The position numbers were made by a program, and so were the translations under genes. The notes under the pieces were generated by a model. The model did no database searches, had not been told where the DNA came from, and worked only from the letters and a program-made list of their open reading frames with translations. DNA of 64,000 bases. Source: the human T2T-CHM13v2.0 reference genome, Homo sapiens. The stretch lies in assembly GCF_009914755.1 (NCBI RefSeq), contig NC_060929.1; one strand, given 5' to 3'. This document shows positions 55,756-64,000 of the stretch, one piece after another. Position 1 is the first letter of the stretch; each line of letters starts with the position of its first letter.

Positions 55756-56109
55756 TAGTTCTTATTAAATAAACCTAGAAGTTAAATTACTTGTTACCAG
55801 AGTATTTGTTTATTACAGAGTTATTGGACTAATTTACAGTTCCATCAGCAGCGTATGAGAGACTTCCAGTTTCTCTGTGCCTTTACCAAAATTTCCTTTT
55901 TTAATCATTCTAATGAGTGTGAAGTATTATTATACCATATGCTGGATTTAATTCACCTTTCTTTTATAAATTATGAATTTAAGCATCTATTTATAGGTTT
56001 CCCCAGCATAGGGATATCCTTATTCATGAAGTCACTTCATATCTTGTCCGTTTTTCAATTAAGTCATCTGTGTTTTTCTTATTGATTTATAGAGGTTCTT
56101 ATATCTATT

Positions 56110-58279
56110 CTTTTTATTGATATATAATATTTGTTCATTTTTATGCGCTACATGTGGCATTTTATTAAGTCATAGAACACGTAATGATCAAATTAGAATA
56201 TTTAGAGTATCCATCACCCCAAGTATTTACAATTTATATGTGTTGGGAATATTTAAAGTTTTCTCTTCTAGCTCTTTTGAAATATACAATACATTGTTGT
56301 TAACTACAGTAACTCTACTCTCCTAAGATTGGAGTTTATTCCTTCTGTTTAACTCTACATTCATACCCATTAACCAACCTCTCTTCATCCATCCTACCCA
56401 CAAACACACACACAACCTGCCTAGCCTCTAGTCTATCAATCTACTCTCTAACTCCATGAGGTCAACTCCTTTAGCTTCCACATATGAGTAAGAACATGTA
56501 AAATTTGTCTTTCTGTACCTGGCTTATATCACTTCACATAATGACCTCCAATTCCATCCAGGTTGCTACAAAAATGATTTCATTCTTTTTTATGATTGAA
56601 TAGTATTTCATTCTATATATATGTCCATTTTCTTTATTCATTCATCCATTGATGGACACAGGTTGATTCCATATCTTTGTTATTGTGACTAGTGCTGCAA
56701 TAAACATAGGGGTGCAAGTATTGCTTTAATATAATTTATTTCCTTCCCTTTGAATAAATGCCCAGTAGTGGGAATGCTAGATCATATTGTAATTCTATTT
56801 TTAGTTTTTTGAGAAATCTCCATACTGTTCTCCATAGTACCTGCACTAATTTACATTCCAACCAGCAGTGTACAGGAGTAGTTTCTCTTTTCTCTGCATC
56901 CTCACGAGCACCTGCTATTTTTGTGTTTTTATTAATAGCCATTCTAAAAGGAGTAAGATAGTATCCTATCGTGGTTTGATTCGCATTTTTCTGATGATTA
57001 GTGACATTGAGTACTTTTTTAATATAACTGTTAGCCACATATATGCCCTCTTTTGAGAATCTTCTATTTATGTCCTTTGACCAGTTTCTATTGGAATTAT
57101 TAGTTTTTGTTTGTTTGTTTGTTTGTTTGTTTAGTTGTTTGAGTTCCTTGTATAATCTGGATATTCACCCCTTGTCAGATGAATAATTTGCAAATATTTT
57201 CTCCAATCCAATAGGTTGTGTCTCCACTCTGTTGCTTGTTTCCTGTGCTGTGCAGAGGCTTCTTAGTTTAATATAGTCTCATTTTTCTATTTTCGTTTTT
57301 GTTGCCTGTGGTTTTGAAGTCTTAGCCATAAAATATTTGCCTACACGAATGTTCTGGATTATTTCCTCTATGTTTCTTCTGGCAGTTTTATAGTTTTGGG
57401 TCCTATGTTTAAGTCTTTAAGCTGTCTTGAGTTGATTTTTCTTTATGGTGAGAGATAGGGTTCTGGGTTCATTCTTCTGCATCTAGAAATCCAGTTTTCC
57501 CAGCACCATTTATTGAAAAGTGCATCCATTCCCCCAAGGTATGTTCTTGCCACCTTTGTTGAAAAGTAATTGGCTGTAAATACATACATTTATTTCTGGG
57601 TCCTCTATTTTGTTCCATTGATCTATGCATCTATTTTTAACATAAACCATGCTGTTTTGGTTATTTTAGCCTTGTAATATATTTTGAAGTCAGTTAATGT
57701 GAAGTTCTAGCTTTGTTCTTTTTGCTCAGAATGATTTTGGCTGTTGAGCCCCCCAATAGATGTGGGGATGTCAGTAGGGCTCTAGGATTGTGGAGATGTG
57801 GGGAATATTGGACCCCAGAAAAGGATGCAATCTGGTGGGGGCTGGGCTCTCAGAATGGCACCATGCTGCAGCTGCCTAGGATTCAGGGTGTGTGGGACCT
57901 GGCATGAGTGCCTTCTCTGGAGCAATGCTGTCATGTGGTCTCCAGACAGATCCTTATGCTATTCTCAGGGGCCATGTGGGTTTCTCTCATGGCTAGGTTT
58001 GCAGGAGTTTGCCCTAGGAATGTGAACTACTTGAGATCTTTCACTTACCCTTTCCCCACACTGGGAACTCTCTTTGGATTCCCAGACAATCCTGGCTGAG
58101 CTGGCTGCCTCACTTCCCTCTCCTTCTGTGTCTCATGTGTTTCCTATCACTTCTGTTAAATGCCAGTTTTCTCTCTTAGATTCTCTATTCGATGTGTGAT
58201 TATTTACTTGCTATTTTGGTTCCTCTTACTGGAGGAGGCATCCACCAGATGCCTGTGGTCTGCCCCCTTGAAGCCCTTC
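56110..58279 (-). mobile_element. L1MA (about MA3-5) retaining 5'UTR (~57746-58279) and 3' end (56110-57745), middle missing
   Basis: L1MA 3'UTR and ORF2 tail join GC-richer L1M 5'-end sequence ending GATGCCTGTGGTCTGCCCCCTTGAAGCCC; degenerate TSD TCTTATATCTATTCTT / TCTTTATATATTCTT. Confidence 0.82.
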
Positions 58280-58855
58280 TCTTTATATATTCTTGACAGA
58301 AGTCTTTTGTCGTATATATGGGGTGTGAATATTTTCTTCCAGTCCACATCTTTCCCCTTAATCCACTTATGGTGTCTTTGGCAAACAGAAATTCTTAATA
58401 TAATCCAGGTTTTCAATTCTTTCTTTTATGCTTAATGCTTTTTATGTTCTATTCAATATTTCTTTGCCTATTCCAAGGTCACAAAAAAATGTACACCTAT
58501 ATTTTGCTCTAAAATCCCTTTGTTTTGCTTTACATATTTAGCCCAGTAATCAATCTAGAATTGACTCTTGTATATGGTGTGAGATAGGAGTCAAGGTCCT
58601 TATTTTTATAGCTATCTATTAAACCCAGCATCATTTAATGAAAAGATAAAGCATTCTTTCCCAATCAGTTGAACATATATACCATAGTCTGTTTCTGAAC
58701 TTTATCCTGTTCCATTTGTAGTTTATTCCTGTACCAAACTCACACTGTCTTTGTTATGTTTTATAGGTATACCGATAAGCATTTTGTTTGTAGTTATGAT
58801 GTTAGCATATTTAAATAAGGAATTCTGTGGTGAATGTGAGCATGTGGGGTTTAGA

Positions 58856-58895
58856 TGTGTGCGTGCATTTGTGTGTGTGTGTGTGCTTGTGTGTG
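58856..58895. repeat. Imperfect (TG)n microsatellite
   Basis: Direct inspection. Confidence 0.85.
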
Positions 58896-59435
58896 ACTGT
58901 TTCACAGAGCTACACAAGCTTCATTTTTCAAATTATGGACTACTAACTTAATTATGAACTAATCAAGGTGCCAGATCACATGGTTTTAACATAAATTTAA
59001 AGATACATATTTAAGAAGAAGAAAGTAACTTTTGAGTGCTGGACTTCCACATGTAAATGTATAATGTAATAGATTCCTAATAGTAAGGAATCTATTGTAA
59101 GCTTTTCTGAACACAATGCTAGCAACATTCTTTGTAAGGCAGACTTCTTGTCCAGTTAACTGGTGACATTTGTTCCTTATAACAAATCTAGCCACATCTC
59201 TACTGAATAAAAGCAACTGCCCACATAATTGATTATACTGCTGGCCTTGATGGAAAAGATTTTAACTTACAACAGTGTATAAAATATTGCAATCCACTAA
59301 TAATTCCATGTTCTACCTAGTGGTATGTCAATTCTAATAATAAAATAAGATAATTGAGATTCTTAGGTAAAAGACATCCAATCTGAAAAGCAGTCTTTCA
59401 TAGGTTAGGATTTAGAAAACTGAGTCAATTTTTTA

Positions 59436-60030
<595 letters not shown>

Positions 60031-60209
60031 AAAGAACTCTTGCTTAAGTTAAAAAAAAAAAAAAAAAGGCCGGGAGACTAGAGGAACTAAATAAACTCTT
60101 TCGACTGCTTACTATAATTACGTTTACTAATCAATTGCTCACTTCAATTTTTTAGGTAGAACTAGTTTTAACATACCCTGTTAATTTAAAAGTCAAATTA
60201 ATGTATTTT

Positions 60210-60633
60210 ACATGGTCAGGATCTGTAGAAAACAGACTCTGAATCAGAGACTGAGTGCAAATGTTTTATGGAAATGATCTTGGGAACAACACCTCCAATG
60301 AAGTGAGGGAAGCAAGATTAGGCAAAGGGAGCACTTATCCTGTGTTATGAGGTCTCAGTCACTCCCATGGAGAGCTCTGAAGCTGAGATAGTGCTTCAGA
60401 GATATCCTGAATTAGTAGAGGTGACTGGACCTTTGCGCCTACACATAGACCACTAATTGGATATGAAATTCCCCACTAGAAACGGAGCATAACCATGGTC
60501 ACGGCAGTTCCCTTTTGAAGGCAATTGCAGGGGAGTGATTCAACTGCGAGCCATCAGCAGGCAACAATCCCAGCAGCTAGGTACTGCTGTCCCAGAAGGT
60601 GGACTCTGGGTAATGAGCTACGGCATCCACTGC
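60210..60633 (-). mobile_element. LTR16-like ERVL LTR (3' LTR)
   Basis: AACAGACTCTGA...CCCATGGAGAGCTCTGAAGCTG...GGCATCCACTGCA. Confidence 0.78.
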
Positions 60634-61472
60634 AGTTCACCATTGTCCCTTTTGGATTCACTTGCTTCATATAAGTTTACTCCAGACAGGTTTTCTGGGA
60701 TTCTGATTGGTCCTATTTCCTGAAAAAAAAAATAATAAAAATGGCAATAGGACAAACAATAGTCTCCGTGGCTTCAGCTAGTTTCAAGGTTAACTAGTAA
60801 TCACCATTCTTCCTGCAGTATTCATTCCAAGTTGATCACATCCTCAGCACGTGCCTCTGCTGTTCTAGGTGGCTTACCTAGTGGAATGACCAAAGCTGTC
60901 ATCTCTGAGAGAACTGAAATCTTAGGGATTATGCCTTTCTCATGTCATGGCTGCAGGACATGTCCACTTACTGTCAAAATTTGGCATTACTAGCAATAGG
61001 CACCCTAGAGGATCACTTGGATCTAAATCTTATTCTCTACTGATCCCATAGTATAACAATAGTCCTACTTCCTGATTTTCAAGTCAATTTGCCCTACCAG
61101 TTTGGCGGGAAAAAAAAAAACGGCACCTAAAGTAACTGAATAACAGCCATAGCTCAAAGTTTACTGAGAATCTTGATGTATTTCCTGGTGAAAGCATTCC
61201 ACTTCTTGGAACCAAAATTTATAGAACCACACAATCTAGTGTTACAGTGACAGAAAGCACAAATTTCCCTGGTAGATTACTGAGATGCTGGTCATACGAT
61301 CCACTCCTACTTCCATCCTTTGATTCCAAGATCTATGTATTGTACTCACTGAGAACACGTGGCCATTGATTTAGAGTGTATTCTGCAGCTAAGAGAATGG
61401 CATCTTATCTTTGCAAGGGCAAGGTATCATCTCTAAACTGACGTATCAACAATTCCTCCAGAAAGCATTGCC

Positions 61473-61657
61473 AGGGTGAGAATGGGTGGTGACTATAAGT
61501 GAGCAAGAGGTTTCTTGTTGGAATGATAGAAATATTCTAAATTGGATTGTAGTCACAGTTATATAACCTATACATATGCTAAAATTCATTGAATTGTACA
61601 TTTTAAATGAGTGAATTTAATAATACATGAATTATTTCTTGATAAAACTTTTTAAAA
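61473..61657 (+). mobile_element. L1MB/MC 3' terminal fragment inserted in ERVL
   Basis: TGGAATGATAGAAATATTCTAAAATTGGATTGTAGT...CATTGAATTGTACATTTTAAATGAGTGAATT. Confidence 0.85.
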
Positions 61658-61983
61658 GGCAATTCTATCACTCTATCTGGCCATCAGCTTCTCTATGGAA
61701 TAGTATGTGATAGGGCTAGTAGACTCCATGTTCATATTCCCAAGGTCACACTTCCTTCTGTAAGGTGCATCCTTGGATATGATGCTACATTCTGAGCTAT
61801 GGAATAAATACTCTGCCCGCTCTCAAAGAGTGACTCTGGTTGAAGTCCTGCAGACTGGAAAGAAAAAACATAATATGTGTCTATTTCCATCAAGATGATT
61901 CATTCTCCTTCCAGGATGCAAGGGGTCTAATATATAAAGTTGACACCAGTGACTGGTAGCTCCCCTAGAAAGATGGTGTCATA

Positions 61984-62291
<308 letters not shown>

Positions 62292-63423
62292 TCACCTTTG
62301 GTCTCTGTCGCCAGCAGGTTGAATCTTCAGCAATAGCAGGAGCTAGATCAGTCTTCGTAAGAGGGAGGCCACATTGTTGAGCCCATGCATAGCTTTCATC
62401 CCTGCTGCCATGGTCATGCTGTTCATTGTTCATGCTGTTCATTGTGCCAGCACGTGGTTGGTGGATGAAGAAGATGGCTGGTTCTTCTCCTTGATTGTTT
62501 AGTGCTTATTCCATGATGGATTATTACAACCATTTGATACAAAGATCTTCACAATTTACACTCAAGCTCTCTAAGGCTTCTTAGGTCTAGCCACATGCGT
62601 CCAGCCCAATATTTCATTTTCTATGCCCCTGAACAGACAGCCAAAATATTCACCACTGTCTATGAGTTCATATGTATATTTTACTCAATCCTACAGCTTT
62701 GTCCACTGGGAGAATTTCCCATGCCCCTACTGTATTTCAGGGCCACTCCCAGATATGTTTGTAATGCAATAGTAATACATTTCTAGCTTGCACCGCATAA
62801 AGAGTAAATCCGTCTATGAACCAAGCTTCACCTTTTCCCTTCTCTGTAAGCGGTTATAGACTGCTTTAACTGGTACAGCAGCTGCAATAGTTAATTGAGG
62901 GAGAGGCATCAGTGGAACACCAATGGATTTCATGGACGACTGGGCCACTCATTCATACATATTATGACCTCTGGCCCTGCTTATGACTGATTCCAGACAT
63001 ACCACTTCCTTCTTAGGATAAACTGCTGACAGTTCATCATGTAGATGGTCTAACAAAAACCAGCTTATAATGGGAAGTTCCGGTCATAGGGTCACTTGTT
63101 GTCTCATTGTCAGGAATGCTGTTTCAACTAGGGTCCAGCAACACAACAGGAACTATACTTCTGAAGGCTGTATAACTCTCTACTGCAGAGATCATGGCCT
63201 TGCTCCTGAACCCTGGGGGTCTATTGCAGTTATCCTACCAGATGTAGCCAGCAATCTCACACAGCAACTTTTCCTACCACAGTTTCCTCTAATAGCACCG
63301 GATCTGTCAGGCCATATGGCCCACACATCAAGGCTGCTGCACCTTACCTTGGACCTGCTACAGAGCACTTCTTTGCTCTGAGTCCCACTCAAAGCTGGCA
63401 GTGTTTATGTCACTCAGTAAAAG

Positions 63424-63547
63424 CATCTAGCAGCATTCCCAGGTGTGAAAGATGCTGCCACCAGATAAATACATGATGACCTCTTCTTTACAGGTCAGGT
63501 GTTTATCTGGAGGCAGCATGTTTCACACTTGGGAATGCTGCTAGATG
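63424..63547. repeat. Long inverted repeat (59/56-bp arms, 9-nt loop)
   Basis: CATCTAGCAGCATTCCCAGGTGTGAAAGATGCTGCC... pairs with ...GGCAGCATGTTTCACACTTGGGAATGCTGCTAGATG. Confidence 0.97.
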
Positions 63548-64000
63548 TATTGTTGTACAGTTATATATAGCTGGAATATATTGAGCTAGAAGTGTGCCTC
63601 CTTTTTATCACTTCCAGTCCAGAAACCAAGCCACCCCCAACAGGGAGGCTGAGTTGCAGAGGAAAGAAAGATGTGCGCATGCATCTCCCCGTCTGTGTGT
63701 CTGAATATACGATCTATCTAGAATTGTCATTGAATTTGGACTTAGCTAGAATTTCAAAGGCTAATATGATTAAATATCTTATTTTGGAGATGGAATATTA
63801 AATACAAAAAACTTCAAATATCTACTCCCAAGTCACCCAGTTCACTTGTGGCTGAGCTGGAACAGAGTTGAGGATTTTAGGTATCAGGTAACCATCAGAG
63901 TTTGTGCAGATGTCACTCTACCGATTAACGGAGTGCCCCAAAGAGTACGATGAAAACAATCTTCCTGCTTTTCTTGATTGCCATTTGGCTTTACGACTAT

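Larger units (their letters stand above)
51885..58750 (-). mobile_element. Ancient L1ME/MD host in three pieces (51885-52455, 55756-56110, 58280-58750) split by two younger L1s
   Basis: Degenerate antisense L1 3' end that resumes colinearly across both insertions. Confidence 0.75.

Overview
Primate (human/ape-like) AT-rich, gene-poor genomic DNA with no CpG island and no recognisable host protein-coding gene; I cannot place the locus. Roughly half the window is interspersed repeats: L1PA/L1M LINEs (some nested, two 5'-inverted), Alu/FLAM/FRAM/FAM SINEs, MIR and L2 relics, MaLR and ERVL LTR elements, hAT MITEs and microsatellites. Nearly all listed ORFs are repeat-derived or chance. I found no convincing new multi-gene system. 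The most interesting structures are: (1) a ~56-bp-arm fold-back hairpin made from ERVL pol at 63424-63547; (2) a hybrid LTR element with a MaLR interior but one ERVL (MLT2) LTR; (3) a 5S rRNA pseudogene split by a solo LTR; (4) a 2.2-kb L1MA with both termini but no middle; (5) a ~115-bp local templated duplication; (6) an L1 ORF0 remnant with a splice donor facing into the window; (7) a few candidate non-coding exons. Subfamily names come from recalled consensus sequences and need RepeatMasker/Dfam confirmation; boundaries of old repeats are approximate.
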